Positions 33,600 to 47,500 are shown, numbered from the stretch's first letter. The stretch is 64,000 nt of DNA from an uncultured Planctomycetota bacterium (GCA_963823665.1 CAWGMQ010000011.1:1-64000), one strand, 5' to 3'. Program-made: numbers and translations. Notes: a model not told the origin generated them from the sequence alone.

Positions 33600-35161
33600 T
33601 CACTCCACCGGCTTCGTCTCCGCTGCCACCCGTTCTTTCTTCCACTGATCCGGCAGCAACTCTCTGATTCGCCGCGCGGGGTGCGTGCTGATCCGCTCCA
33701 GCACGTCACGCAGATAGGCAAACGCATCCACCCCCACGTTCTTGCACGTCATGCACAAGCTCATCAGCGTCGCCGCCGTCTTGCCGCCGGCGTCACTCCC
33801 GGCGAATAACCAATTCTTTCGACCGAGTGCCACCGGCTTCATCCCGCGCTCGCTGGCGTTATTGTCGATCGACAGCCAACCCGCCTCGGTGAATCTCTCG
33901 AGCGCCTGCCAGTGATTCAAGGCATACCCGATCGCTTCGCCGATCGGACTCTTGGGCAATACGCGACTCTTTTCCTGTAACAACCAAGCGTGGATCTCAT
34001 TCAAGATCGGCTTCGAACGCTCCTGGCGCAATGCCCCGCGCACCGCGTCGTCCTGATCCTTGGTGTCCTTCTCCACCTTGTACAACTGCTGAATCATGGC
34101 CATCGCCACGTGCGCCCTTACCGCGTCGCTCGACTTGGACTCGTGGAACTTCCGCCGCGCATGCGCCCAGCACCCCACTTCGATGATCTTCTTCCCGGCG
34201 TAGATCGCGTCGTAGGCCGAATACGCGTCGGCTTGAAGGTAGCCTTCATAACCATCGAGCATCCGCTGCGGTCCCTCGCCGCTGCGATCCGGCGTGTAGT
34301 CGTACACCACGTGGGGATGATCGCGATCCCCCAGGTAGTCCCAGAGCCGGCCTGTCCGCGTCTTCCCCAAACTCCGGTCCAGAACGGGTACTGGCGTGTC
34401 GTCAGTCTGAATGACCCGCGATTTGAGGATCTCGCAGTGCATCTCCGCGACGATCGGTTCCAACAATTCGGCAGAGACCGCCATCCAATCGCACATCGTC
34501 TGACGAGACAGCTCCACGCCGTGACGGCGGAAGATTCCTTCCTGCCGATAAAGCGGCAAATGGTCGGCGTACTTGCTGACGATCACCTGGGCCATGAGCC
34601 CTGGGCCAGGCAAACCTTTCTCGATCGGCTCAGGAAGTCGTTCGGCAATGATCACGTTGGCCTGGCATGCCTTGCACGCGTACTTGGGCCGCACATGCTC
34701 GACCACAATCAAGCTGGCCTGAACAAATTCAAGCTGCTCGCGAACCTCCTCGCCAATGCCGGTGCGGATGACGCCGCAGTCGGGGCACGGGAGTAGTTCG
34801 GGGAGAACGTCGTGGACCTTGCGCCGCGCTCGAGGCTCCTGGGCAGCGGCTTACGACCGTGCCCGTTCTTCTTGGTTGGTTCCGCTTGGCCAACCGACTC
34901 GGTTGTCTTCGCGTCGGCAGCCGGTGGGGCCGCAGCGGGGTCGACTCCGGTTGCTTCCAAGATCTCGCGGGCGAAAAGGAGGAGTTGGTTGGGGTCGAGC
35001 TTTTCGGTCCTGGGGCCGTAGATCCGCCGCAGGAGCTTTTCGAGCTGATGCTGGAGGTGCTCGTTCAGGACGGTCTGCTGGCGCAGCGTCTCCAAGAGCT
35101 CGCGGATGAGCTGATGGGCGGTTTCCAGATCGGTGGGGAGTGAATCGGCCGCCGTCGTCAT
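33600..35161 (-). CDS. tnpC: IS66 transposase TnpC with 1-bp deletion near 34825
   Basis: Matches 21295-22857 except GCGCGGCG versus GCGCCGGCG and rare substitutions. Confidence 0.9.
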
Positions 35162-35211
35162 ACCGTTATTACGGTCGACCGCCGTCAATGTGACGAGAGA
35201 TTCTCAGAAGA

Positions 35212-35592
35212 TTATACGAGTGCATCTGCCTGCGAGATGGGGATGGGCGCCGGCAAAGTGTAGCGTCGCTGGCGGCCCGCGGTGCGTAAATCGATGCCGG
35301 CGAGGATGGCAGCCATCTCGGCCGGCGAGACTTCGATGCGGTTCGCCGTGGGTTGAGGGAAGCGGAAGACGCCTCGCTCGAGCCGCTTGTACCAGAGCGC
35401 GTAGCCATCGCGGTCCCAGTAGAGGATCTTGAGGCGATCGCCCCGCCGATTGCGAAAGACGAAGAGATGGCCGCAGAGGGGATCCAAGCCGATGGTCGAA
35501 GAGGTGAGGGCAGCGAGGCCGTCGAATCCCTTCCGGAGATCCGCTGGCCCAACGGCCAAGAAAATGCGGACTGTGGGTGGGAAGTTGATCAC
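35212..35592 (-). CDS. tnpB: IS66 TnpB
   Basis: Protein identical to 20864-21244. Confidence 0.95.
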   Translation of the reverse strand: MINFPPTVRIFLAVGPADLRKGFDGLAALTSSTIGLDPLCGHLFVFRNRRGDRLKILYWDRDGYALWYKRLERGVFRFPQPTANRIEVSPAEMAAILAGIDLRTAGRQRRYTLPAPIPISQADALV

Positions 35593-35985
35593 GGCCGATC
35601 TTCCAGGACGTCGAGGAGTTGATGAAGGGTCGCCGGATCAAAGCCGGGTGGAATGCGGACGAAGTGTCGTTCACTCACGACGAGCTCGAGCGAGGCGGGT
35701 GGATGGGAGACGTGGGGGTCGGCCGTAGAAACCCTCGATTGGGGACGGACAAGCACAGGAAGGAAGGCGGGGAGCGCGGGAGCTCGCCGGGGCAGAGACC
35801 GGCGCCGGGCGACGGCTTTCCGAGGGGCCGGCGGTAGGAAATCCGCCACGGAGACCGTATAGCCAACTGCGGAAGGAGCTGACGGAGATATGACGGCGGC
35901 GACAAAACTCAGTTTGGGTCAAACCAGAGCGGTGGAAGTCAGCCAGTATGGCTGACCAATCGCATTTGGGAATAGCGCGGGACAT
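35589..35985 (-). CDS. tnpA: IS66 TnpA, split over two frames
   Basis: Identical to copy 1, including the frame split. Confidence 0.8.
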
Positions 35986-36715
35986 GCGTGGACTCCGGTG
36001 CGTGAGGGCACCGGCTTATCCTGACACCAACCCCCGCCCGGATAAAGATGCACTTCACCGGACGGTTACATACGACCGCCGTCGCGCCCTCCCGGCCGCC
36101 ATCGCGCGTCGGTCACCTGCGTGAGGTCGATCTCCCGAGTCCGGATTACCCCTCGACTGATGATCCGTGTACCCCGGATCGTCAACGTTTCTCGCAGATA
36201 TGCCAGCAGGAGCCACACCGAAACGCCGGTCATGAACACCGGCACTCCCACCAAGAGCGCCGCGGCCGCAACTCGATCCACAATCTTGGTGTCGGTAGCA
36301 ACCACGATTGCGTCGATGACAGCCCACGCCGCGTAGCCGATCACGCCGCCCAGACCGAGGTTGCGATACCAGCGCCGAAGTCGAAAACTTGCGTCCAATG
36401 GCGCCTCGGAGCCCATAACCGCTCAAACTGATGTTTCGTCGCCACACCCCTCCATCCAATCTTAATCCCCGGCATCAGGATTGCTCAATTCATCGTCGAG
36501 GCGGCTTCGCTCGGAATCAACGGCAGTTCTCGATCCGCCATGATCGATTAACGGCTCCATACCCCCAACCCGCCGCCTGCTCTGGAATTCTCCGATCCAT
36601 AGGCTTATTCTCAATGGCATCTCAAGTCGAACCCCACCGATCCTTTCGCGTCAAAAGCGTGCGAGTCTGCATGTAATCTCGGATGAATCGCGGAGTGGAG
36701 CGGAGTGATCGCCCC

Positions 36716-38245
36716 ATGATTGAAGACTCGAAGACCGCGAAAAGACGTCTCTCCACACCGGAGTTCCTCGCCGCGCTCGAACGGTCCGGAATCCTGCCCG
36801 ATGCGACCTGCCGGGAAGTGCAGTGCCGATTCGCACGCCGGGCGCAAAAGCTGGATTCGCTCGCGCTGGCCCATGAACTCATGGCCGAAGGTACGATCAC
36901 GGAGTTCCAGGCCCGCCGGCTTCTGTGGGGGAAGAAACTGCTTTCGTTCGGCCGCTATGCCTTGCTCGACAGCATCGGCAAGGGGGGCCGCGGCCGGGTA
37001 TTCAAGGCTCGACACCGCTTGATGGATCGCGTGGTCGCCCTGAAGGTCATGTTGCCCGAGACCGCGCTCAATGAGGGCGCGGTCTCCCGTTTCTTCCGCG
37101 AAATGAAAATCGTCGCCCTCCTGGAAAATCCACACGTGGTTCGCGCCATCGATGCCGACGTGCATGAGGGCTGCCCATACATCGTGATGGAGTATCTCGA
37201 CGGCGATGACCTGGAACGCGTCCTGTCGCGCCGCGCGCCTCTGCCGCCGAGTGATGTGATTGGATACGCCGCGCAAGCCGCGCGCGGGCTCGCACACGCG
37301 CACTCAAAGGGCGTGATTCACCGCGATGTCAAGCCGACGAATCTGTTCCTCGCCAAGACGGGGGTTGTGAAGATACTCGACCTGGGATGCGGCGAGCTGG
37401 TCGGAATGGCGGGCCAGCCCGCAAACGTCTTTGACACCGACGAAGGCGTTGTCGTGGGGACGACCGATTTCATGTCGCCCGAGCAGGTCAGGGATAAGCC
37501 GATCGATGCCCGGACCGACCTCTTCAGTCTCGGCTGCACGATGTACCGTCTGTTGACAGGGGAATACGCGTTCCCCGGAACGACCAGGGAAGAGCGGCTC
37601 GTTAAACGGATCCGCGATCCGCATCACCCGATCGGGAAAGTTCGGCCGGGCCTCTCCGACGGCCTGGTCACCGTCGTTGACCGACTGCTCGCCCTCCGCC
37701 CGGACGATCGCTTCGCATCGGCGACCGAAGTCGCGGAGGCCCTCGAGGCACTGGGCAGGCCCGCCGGCTGGTCCGAGTGCGCGCCGACAAGGGCGCCGGA
37801 GCCAACGCCGTCCGGCGACGCCTTGCCCGCTCTTTCGTCCGAGCCCGAAGAAGAACTGGACTGGTCGCTGATCGAATCGGCACTCAGTCCCAAGAGTCAG
37901 CACGCCCGCGACAGCTCGCGCCTTGTGGAACGCAGTGAGCCCAGGCGGCGATCCACCAAGGATCTCTCTTCCCATCGACAGGTCCTCGAGCAACAGGGCG
38001 TCGAGACCGGCCGAGACGTGCACGCAAAATATCGTCAAGAGTTGATTCAAATGAAGAAGACGATGACCGCGCTCGGCGAAATGGACGCGAATGACCCAGC
38101 TCCCTCCGCGGTACAGACCTGGTTTGAGCGAATCGGCGAAAAGATCGGCGATTTCCTGGCCGAGCCCAGCGCGGGCCAGATCGTCATCTGCATCCTCCTG
38201 GTCCTCCTCGTATTTGTGGCGGCCTTTGCGTTCCTGGTCGGATAG
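36716..38245 (+). CDS. Ser/Thr protein kinase with C-terminal TM anchor
   Basis: IGKGGRGRV, VALKV, HRDVKPTN, DLG, GTTDFMSPE. Confidence 0.92.
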   Translation: MIEDSKTAKRRLSTPEFLAALERSGILPDATCREVQCRFARRAQKLDSLALAHELMAEGTITEFQARRLLWGKKLLSFGRYALLDSIGKGGRGRVFKARHRLMDRVVALKVMLPETALNEGAVSRFFREMKIVALLENPHVVRAIDADVHEGCPYIVMEYLDGDDLERVLSRRAPLPPSDVIGYAAQAARGLAHAHSKGVIHRDVKPTNLFLAKTGVVKILDLGCGELVGMAGQPANVFDTDEGVVVGTTDFMSPEQVRDKPIDARTDLFSLGCTMYRLLTGEYAFPGTTREERLVKRIRDPHHPIGKVRPGLSDGLVTVVDRLLALRPDDRFASATEVAEALEALGRPAGWSECAPTRAPEPTPSGDALPALSSEPEEELDWSLIESALSPKSQHARDSSRLVERSEPRRRSTKDLSSHRQVLEQQGVETGRDVHAKYRQELIQMKKTMTALGEMDANDPAPSAVQTWFERIGEKIGDFLAEPSAGQIVICILLVLLVFVAAFAFLVG

Positions 38246-38590
38246 TGGGTGCCATTCACATCCCACCAAGCCATGGCGCTCCTTGCCCGCCACTCGCCAT
38301 TTTTTGACGTCACTTCCACGCGCGTGTTCTAGGTTAGCAACAAGAGGATTGCGAGCGCGTGGCGAGCGGCAGAGTGCCGCACCATCCCGCCCGGCCGAAG
38401 CACTGCGAGAATCGGTGCTTGCGAGGCCATTTTCGTCGCGTTGGATCTGAAGACGTCAAGTTTGCGGGTCGGCCGTCCCCGCGGCTCCGATCGCGTTCGC
38501 GCTCTCACGAGCGGCGCTCGCCGCGGCGCCGCCGGAAGCCGGCCCGCGCCCTGGCTCACGCTTTTTTCACTCGCTCTGGAGTTGCCGCTC

Positions 38591-41500
38591 ATGTCGTCTT
38601 TGAATCGTCCCGGCAGTCGGATCGCCAGTTCGCGCCGCGGCCAGACCCCTATCGCCCGGCGGCGCTTCGCGTGCAGCCGCCGCAATTCATCGCCCCGCCT
38701 CGAGTTCCTGGAAGAACGCACGCTGCTCTCCATCGACATGGTATCGAACAGCAACGACAGCGGCCCGGGATCGCTGCGCAACGCAATCGCGACTGCCGGC
38801 GCCGGCGACATGATCGAATTCAACATGACGCCCGGTCATGTCACCAGCCCGATCACGCTCACGACCGGGGAGCTCACGATTGCCCAGAACCTGAAGATCG
38901 TGGGGCCCGGCGCGTCGCATTTGACGATCAGCGGGAACGGAGCCAGCACGGTCGTCGCCGTTTCGACGGGAACAAACGTCGCGATTTCCGGAGTGACGAT
39001 TGCCGACGGAGTCAACGGCGGAACCGGCGGCGGCGTTGCCAACAAGGGAGACCTGAAGCTGTTGGACGACGTGCTCAGCGATAATTCGGCGCAATCCGGC
39101 GGGGCAATCTACAACAGCACCGGCAGCCTTTCCGTGACGGGGTGCACGATCGAGTCGAATCACGCGAGCAACTCCGGATTCGGCGGGGGGATTTTCGTCA
39201 CCGCAGGCTTCGTGACGATCGAAGACTCCACGTTCCAGGGAAACTCCGCGGAGGGCGGCGGCGCACTCGTCAACGGGGGAGGCACGGTCTCGCTCATCAA
39301 CTCGACGCTCACGTCCAACAGCGCGACGGACTGTGGCGCGATCGACAACGCGAGCAATGCGGAGCTGATCAATTGCACCGTCGCGGGCAACACGAGCACG
39401 GGTATCGCCGGCGGTATTTTCAATGGCGTGGTCGCCTCCCTCACAATCGGAAACACGATCATCGCCGGCAACTCAGCCGGCGGCGCTGCCTCCGATTTTG
39501 ACGGCGCTGTAACGACCGACCTGGGAAATAACCTGATCGGTGATACCTCCGGCAGCTCCGGCTTTACCGGGCCCTCGGACCTGCTCGGCGTCGCCTCCGG
39601 CCTTGCGCCCCTCGAGAACAACGGCGGGCCCACCCAGACGATGGGTTTGACGCCCGGCAGTCCGGCGATTGACGCCGGTAATAATGCGCTCATCCCCGCC
39701 GGCGTTGGCACCGATCAGCGCGGTTTTTCCCGCATCGTGAACGGCACAGTCGATGTCGGTGCGTTCGAGGTCCAGTTGTACGTCGTCGACAACACGAACG
39801 ATCAGGGCCCCGGCTCGCTGCGCGCGGCGGTGACGAACGCCGACCAGGCCGGCGGCAGCTCCATCCTCTTCGCCACCACCGGAGTGATCACGCTGCAAAG
39901 CGCCCTTCCGGCGATCAGCGCTGACGTCAACATGGTTGGCCCCGGCGCAAACACCTTGAGCGTGAGCGGCAATGCAGCGTTTCAGGTCTTCGACGTGGAG
40001 ACGGGTGTCACGGCGGGCATCTCGGGCCTGACCATCACCGACGGCTCCTCCGGCGGGAATGGAGGCGGCATCGAGAATGATGGAACACTGACTCTGACCA
40101 GTTGCACGGTATCGGACAGCAGCTCCGGGAACGATGGCGGCGGAATTTTCAACTCGGGCACTTTGACCGTGATCGCCAGCACCGTTTCGGGAAATACGTC
40201 ATCGAATGATGCCGGCGGCATAGAGAACAGCGGCACCGTCGCTGTGGTCAACAGCACGGTCGCGGATAATTCGGCGAACAGCGGCCAAGGGGGCGGAATC
40301 AATAACGCCGGCACGCTCGATCTGGTGAACAGCACCATCGCCGACAACTCCGCATTTAACGGCGGCGGCATCCAGGCCGGCGGTGCGGTGACCATGGCAA
40401 ACACGATCGTCGGTTACAACACCTTGACCGGTGGCACCGGGGCCGACTTCGACGGCAGCATTTCCACCGATTCTGGCTATAACCTGATCGCCGACTCATC
40501 CGGTAGCAGCGGCTTCACGCAGCCGTCCGATATCCTCGACGTCGATCCACTCCTGAGCGCGCTGGGAAACTATGGCGGCCCGACCCAGACAATCTCACTT
40601 CTGCCCGGCAGCCCCGCCATCGACGCAGGCAGCAACGCACTGGCCGCCTTCGACAGCAGTCCCCTCACCACGGACCAGCGCGGAGATCCCCGGATCAACG
40701 ACGGCATCGTCGATATCGGAGCGCTCGAAACCCATCTATTCACGATCACAATCCTGTTCGGCGACAACCAGTCCACTGCCGTGAAGACCGATTTCAACGT
40801 CTTGCTCACGGTGGTACTCACAACCTTCTATGGCGAGCCAGTCGAGGGTGGCATCGTCACCTTCACAGCCCCCGGCAGCGGCGCCTCGGCAACATTCCCC
40901 GCAGGCAGAACCATCATCACCAGTCCGGCCGGCACTGCCAGCGCTCTGGCGGAAGCAAACACCATCACCGGCAGCTATCAGGTCGCCGCCTCTTCTGGGG
41001 GCGCCGGCACCAAGCACTTCAACCTCACGAATACCCCCGGCGCAGCCACGCAACTCGCCATCCAAACTCAACCTTCGGCAACGGCGTCCGCCGGCCTGCC
41101 GTTCGGCACGCAGCCGGTGATCGATATCGAAGACCAGTACGGCAACCTGGAAACCGGCGACAACAGCACCCAGGTCACGGCGGCGCTCGCCACCGGCTCG
41201 GGAACGCTGGAAGGCACTACGACCGTCACCGCTTCGGCCGGCGTCGCCACGTTCACAAACCTTGCATTCAGCATTCCCGATACCATCACGCTCAAATTCA
41301 CCAGCTCGCCCGCTCTCACCTCGGTGACCTCGAACGCCATCGTCGTCACGGCTCCGCCCACTCAGTTAGTGATCGAAACAGAGCCTTCCGCCACGGCCAC
41401 GGCCGGCGTGTCGTTCGCAACCCAGCCGGTTGTCTACGTCGAAGATCAATACGGCGACCTCGAGACCAATGACAACACCACGCAGGTGACCGCCTCGCTC

Positions 41501-44500
41501 GCGAGCGGAGCTGGGCCGCTAAACGGCACCGTCACCGTGACGGTCACCGGCGGCATCGCCACATTTACGAACTTGTCGGACAACACGGCCGAGACCATCT
41601 CGCTCCGGTTCACCAGCGTGCCGGTCCTGACAGCGGCCACATCCAGCGACATCGTGATCAGCCCGGCGGCGGCAAGCAAGCTGGCCGTGAGCACACAGCC
41701 TTCGCCGACCGCGACCGCCGGCGTCGCTTTCAGCACGCAGCCCGTGGTCGACGTTGAAGACCAGTACGGCAATCTCGAGGCAAGCGACAACACGACCCAG
41801 GTGACCGCCACGCTTCATACGGGAAGCGGGCCGCTGCTAGGCACGACGACCGTGACGGTCTCTGGCGGCATCGCCACGTTCACCGATCTGTCGGACGATA
41901 CGGCCGAAACGATCTCGCTCCAGTTCACCAGCGTTCCAGCCCTGACGTCTGCGACATCCAATAACATCGACGTCAGTTCGGCGGCGGCTACCCAGCTCGT
42001 TGTGCAGACGCAACCCTCCGCCACGGCGACAGCCGGCGTGGCCTTTGCCACGCAGCCGGTCATCTGGCTCGAAGATCAGTATGGTAACCTCGTAAAGGGC
42101 AACAGTGCGGCACAGGTCACGGCTTCAGCGCTACCCGCCGGCTCCGGTCCGCTCCAGGGGTTCACAACGATCACAGCCTCCAATGGCGTCGTGGACTTCT
42201 CCGGTCTTGCGTACGATACAGCCGCGACCATTTACCTGCACTTTACGAGCGTGCCGGCGCTCACCGTGGCCAACTCGAGCAACATCGTGGTCAGCCCCGC
42301 AGCCGCCAGTCAGCTCGCCATCATCACGCAGCCCTCGCCGACAGCGACGGCAGGCGTCGCCTTCAGCACCCAGCCTGTCGTCTACGTTGAAGACCAGTAC
42401 GGAAACCTCGAGACTGGCGACAACACAACCCAGGTGAGTGCCTCGCTCAACACGGGAAGCGGGCCGCTCCAGGGAACCACGACCGAAACAGTCTCCGGCG
42501 GTATCGCCACATTCACCAACCTTTCCGACAACAAGGCCGAGACGATCTCGCTCCAGTTCACCAGCGTTCCCGCCGTGACCGCCGCAACATCGAACAACAT
42601 CGTCGTCAGTCCTGCGGCCGCCACGCAGTTGGTTTTGATCACGCAGCCATCCGCCACGGCGACAGCCGGCGTCGCGTTCGCGACCCAGCCGGTCGTCTAC
42701 ATCGAAGACCAGTACGGCAACGTCGAGACCGGCGACAACACGACAGAGGTCACTGCCGCGCTCAACACCGGCTCCGGGCCACTGCAAGGAACGACGATCG
42801 AGACGGCCTCCAGTGGCATCGCGACATTCACCAATCTCGCGGATGACAAGGCCGAAACGATTTCGCTCCAGTTCACCAGCGTCCCGGCCCTGGCCGTGGC
42901 GACATCGAACAACATCGTGATCAGCCCCGCGGCCGCCAGTCAGTTGGCGGTGATCACCGAACCCTCGCCCACGGCGACGGCAGGCGTCGCCTTCGGCACG
43001 CAGCCCGTCGTCTACGTCGAAGACCAGTACGGCAACCTCGAGACCGGCGACAACGCGACCCAGGTGACGGCCACCTCCTTGCCGAATGGCTCCGGTCCGC
43101 TGCAAGGAACCACCACGGAGACCGTTTCCGGCGGCATCGCGACATTCACCAATCTTGCGGACGACCGGGCCGAGACCATCACGCTTCAGTTTTCGAGCGT
43201 CCCTTCGCTCGCCGTCGCGACTTCAAGCACAATCGTCATCAGCCCGGCCGCAGCGACTCAGTTGGCGCTCGTCACCGAGCCGTCCGCGACAGCAACAGCA
43301 GGCGTGCCATTCAGCACGCAGCCGGTGATCTGGGTCGAAGACCAGTACGGCAACATCGAGACGGGCGACAACACGACGCAGGTGACAGCCGCTTTGAACA
43401 CCGGCTCCGGACCGTTGCTGGGAACCACGACCGAGACAGTCTCCGGCGGCATCGCCACGTTCACCAACCTTTCCGACGACACGGCTGAAACGATTTCGCT
43501 GCAGTTCACCAGCGTTCCTGCCCTGACTGCCGCGACATCGAACAACATCGTCGTCAGTCCTGCGGCCGCCACTCAGTTGGTGTTGATCACGCAGCCTTCC
43601 TCCACGGCGACGGCCGGCGTCGCCTTCGCGACACAGCCGGTCGTCTACATCGAAGACCAGTACGGCAATCTCGAGACCGGAGACAACACGACCCAGGTGA
43701 CAGCCGCCTCCTTGCCGATCGGCTCCGGTCCGTTGCAAGGCACCACGACGGTGACGGCCTCGGGTGGCATCGTCACGTTTACCGATCTCGCCGACGACAC
43801 GGCCGAGACCATTTCGCTGCATTTCACGAGCAGCCCTCCTCTCACCGTGCTGAATTCCAACAACATCGTGGTCAGCCCAGCCGCGGCCAGTCTGCTCGCG
43901 ATCAGCACACAGCCCTCGCCCACGGCGATGGCCGGCGTCGCCTTCGGCACCCAGCCGGTCATCTGGGTCGAAGACCAGTATGGCAACCTCGAGACCAGCG
44001 ACAACACAACTGAGGTGACCGCGGCGCTGGACCTGGGCAGTGGTCCGCTGCAAGGCACCACGACGGTGATGGTCTCCGGCGGCATCGCCACATTCACCAA
44101 CCTTTCCGACAACCAGGCCGAGACGATTTCGCTCCAGTTCACGAGCGTTCCTGCCCTGACCGCCGCGACGTCGAACAACATCGTCGTCAGTCCGGCGGCC
44201 GCCACGCAACTGGTTTTGATCACGCAGCCATCCGCCACGGCGACAGCCGGCGCCACGTTCGCGACCCAGCCGGTCGTCTACATCGAAGACCAGTACGGCA
44301 ACCTAGAGACCGGCGACAACTCGACAGTAGTGACTGCCGCGCTCAACACCGGCTCCGGTCCCCTGCAAGGAACCACGCTGCAGACGGCCGCGAACGGCAT
44401 TGTGACCTTCACGAATCTCGCGGACGACAAAGCCGAAACGATTTCCCTCCAGTTCACCAGCGTCCCGGCCCTGGCCGCGGCGACATCGAACAACATCGTG

Positions 44501-47500
44501 ATCAGCCCCGCGGCCGCCAGTCAGTTGGCCGTCATCACCCAACCCTCGCTCACGGCGACCGCGGGCGTCGCCTTCGGCACGCAGCCGGTGGTCTACGTCG
44601 AAGACCCGTACGGCAACCTCGAGACCGGCGACAACGCGACCCAGGTTACGGTTACGTCGCTGCCGCTCGGCTCCGGTCCGCTGCTGGGGACGACGACGGT
44701 CACGGTTTCTGGCGGCATCGCGACGTTCACGAATCTTCAGGACAATACGGCCGAAACCATCTCCCTCAGTTTTTCGAGCGTCCCGGACCTCACTCCTGCG
44801 ACGTCAAATGACATCGTCATCAGCCCGGCCGCAGCGACGCAGTTGGCGCTTGTCACCGAGCCCTCAGCGACGGCAACAGCAGGCGTGCCGTTCAGCACGC
44901 AGCCGGTGATCTGGGTCGAAGACCAGTACGGCAACGTCGAGACGGGCGACAACACGACGCAGGTGACAGCCGCTTTGAACACCGGCTCCGGACCATTGCT
45001 CGGAACCACCGTTCTCACCGTCTCCGGCGGCGTCGCCACGTTCACCAACCTCGCCGACGACACGGCGGAAACGATTTCGCTAACCTTCACCAGCGTTCCT
45101 GCCCTGACTGCCCCGACATCGAGCAACATCGTCGTCAGTCCCGCAGCCGCCACGCAGTTGGTTCTGATCACGCAGCCATCCGCCGCGGCGACAGCCGGCG
45201 TCGCCTTCGCGACGCAGCCCGTCGTCTACATCGAGGACCAGTACGGCAACATCGAGACCGGCGACAACGCGACACAAGTCACGGCCTCGGCGCTGCCTCT
45301 CGGCTCCGGCCCGCTCCAAGGAACGACTACGGTGACGGCCTCGGCCGGCATCGTGACCTTCACCAATCTCACGGAAGATGAGGCCGGGACGATCTCCCTG
45401 CAGTTCACGAGCTCTCCAGCGCTCGCCGTGACGAATTCCAATAACATCGTGGTCAGCCCGGCAGCCGCCAGTCAGCTCGCCATCAACACGCAGCCCTCGC
45501 CGGCAGCGACGGCAGGCGTCGCCTTCAGCACGCAGCCGGTCGTCTACATTGAAGACCAGTATGGCAACCTCGAGACCAGCGACAACACAACTGAGGTGAC
45601 CGCGGCGCTGGACCTGGGCAGTGGTCCGCTGCAAGGCACCACGACGGTGATGGTCTCCGGCGGCATCGCCACATTCACCAACCTTTCCGACAACCAGGCC
45701 GAGACGATTTCGCTCCAGTTCACCAGCGTTCCTGCCCTGACCGCCGCGACGTCGAACAACATCGTCGTCAGTCCGGCGGCCGCCACGCAACTGGTTTTGA
45801 GCACGCAGCCATCCGCCACGGCGACAGCCGGCGCCACGTTCGCGACCCAGCCGGTCGTCTACATCGAAGACCAGTACGGCAACGTCGAGACCGGCGACAA
45901 CACGACAGAGGTCACTGCCGCGCTCAACACCGGCTCCGGGCCACTGCAAGGAACGACGATCGAGACGGCCTCCAGTGGCATCGCGACATTCACCAATCTC
46001 GCGGATGACAAGGCCGAAACGATTTCGCTCCAGTTCACCAGCGTCCCGGCCCTGGCCGTGGCGACATCGAACAACATCGTGATCAGCCCCGCGGCCGCCA
46101 GTCAGTTGGCGCTGATCACCGAACCTTCCTCCACGGCGACGGCGGGCGTCGCTTTCGGCACGCAGCCCGTCGTCTACGTCGAAGACCAGTACGGCAACCT
46201 CGAGACTGGCGACAACGCGACCCAGGTGACGGCCACCGCCTTGCCGAATGGCTCCGGTCCGCTGCAAGGAACCACCACGGAGACCGTTTCCGGCGGCATC
46301 GCGACATTCACCAATCTTGCGGACGACCGGGCCGAGACCATCACGCTTCAGTTTTCGAGCGTCCCTTCGCTCGCCGTCGCGACTTCAAGCACAATCGTCA
46401 TCAGCCCGGCCGCAGCCACGCAGTTGGCGCTCGTCACCGAGCCTTCAGCGACGGCAACAGCAGGCGTGCCGTTCAGCACGCAGCCGGTGATCTGGGTCGA
46501 AGACCAGTACGGCAACGTCGAGACGGGCGACAACACGACGCAGGTGACAGCCGCTTTGAACACCGGCTCCGGACCATTGCTCGGAACCACCGTTCTCACC
46601 GTCTCCGGCGGCGTCGCCACGTTCACGAACCTTTCCGACGACACGGCGGAAACGATTTCGCTAACCTTCACCAGCGTTCCTGCCCTGACTGCCCCGACAT
46701 CGAGCAACATCGTCGTCAGTCCTGCGGCCGCCACGCAGTTGGTTCTGATCACGCAGCCATCCGCCGCGGCGACAGCCGGCGTCGCCTTCGCGACACAGCC
46801 GGTCGTCTACATCGAGGACCAGTACGGCAACATCGAGACCGGCGACAACACGACCCAGGTCACGGCCGCGGCGTTACCCCTTGGCTCCGGTCCATTGCAA
46901 GGAACGACAACGGTAACAGCGTCGGGTGGCATCGTCACGTTCACGAATCTGGCGGAAAACAAGGCCGGGACCATCTCGCTGCACTTCACGAGTTTCCCAT
47001 CGCTTGCCGTGGCGAATTCCAACAACGTCGTGGTGAGCCCCGCGGCGGCGAGCCAGTTGGCGGTAAGCACACAGCCAGCACCGACGGCGACGGCCGGCGT
47101 GGCCTTCAGCCCGCAGCCGGTCATCTGGGTCGAAGACCAGTATGGCAACCTGGAGACCGGCGACAACGCGACCCAGGTGACCGCCGCGCTTAACACGGGC
47201 ACCGGTCCTCTGCAAGGAACCACCACCGTGACGGTCTCCGGCGGTATCGCCACATTCACCAACCTGTCGGACAACAAGGCCGAGACGATTTCGCTCCAGT
47301 TCACGAGCGTTCCGGCCCTGATCGCAGCCACATCCAACAACATCGTGGTCAGTCCCGCGGCGGCAACCCAGTTGATATTGAACACCCAGCCCTCGCCGAC
47401 CGCAACGGCGGGCGTGCCCTTCAGCACCCAGCCGGTTATCGACATCGAGGACCAGTACGGGAATATCGAAACCGGCGACAATAGCACGCATGTGACGGCC

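Larger units (their letters stand above)
33440..36069 (-). mobile_element. IS66-family element, copy 2 (inverted, near-identical to copy 1)
   Basis: Same IRs; flanking duplication ATACGAC at 33433-33439 and 36070-36076. Confidence 0.97.
32776..36416 (-). pseudogene. Membrane protein interrupted by IS66 copy 2
   Basis: Removing the IS rejoins GGRDGG-RIVLLDG in frame; several TM helices; extra frameshift near 32950. Confidence 0.75.

Noticed and set aside
20387..36069. Composite transposon that inserted as a unit
   Set aside because: Each IS has its own target duplication and its own interrupted gene
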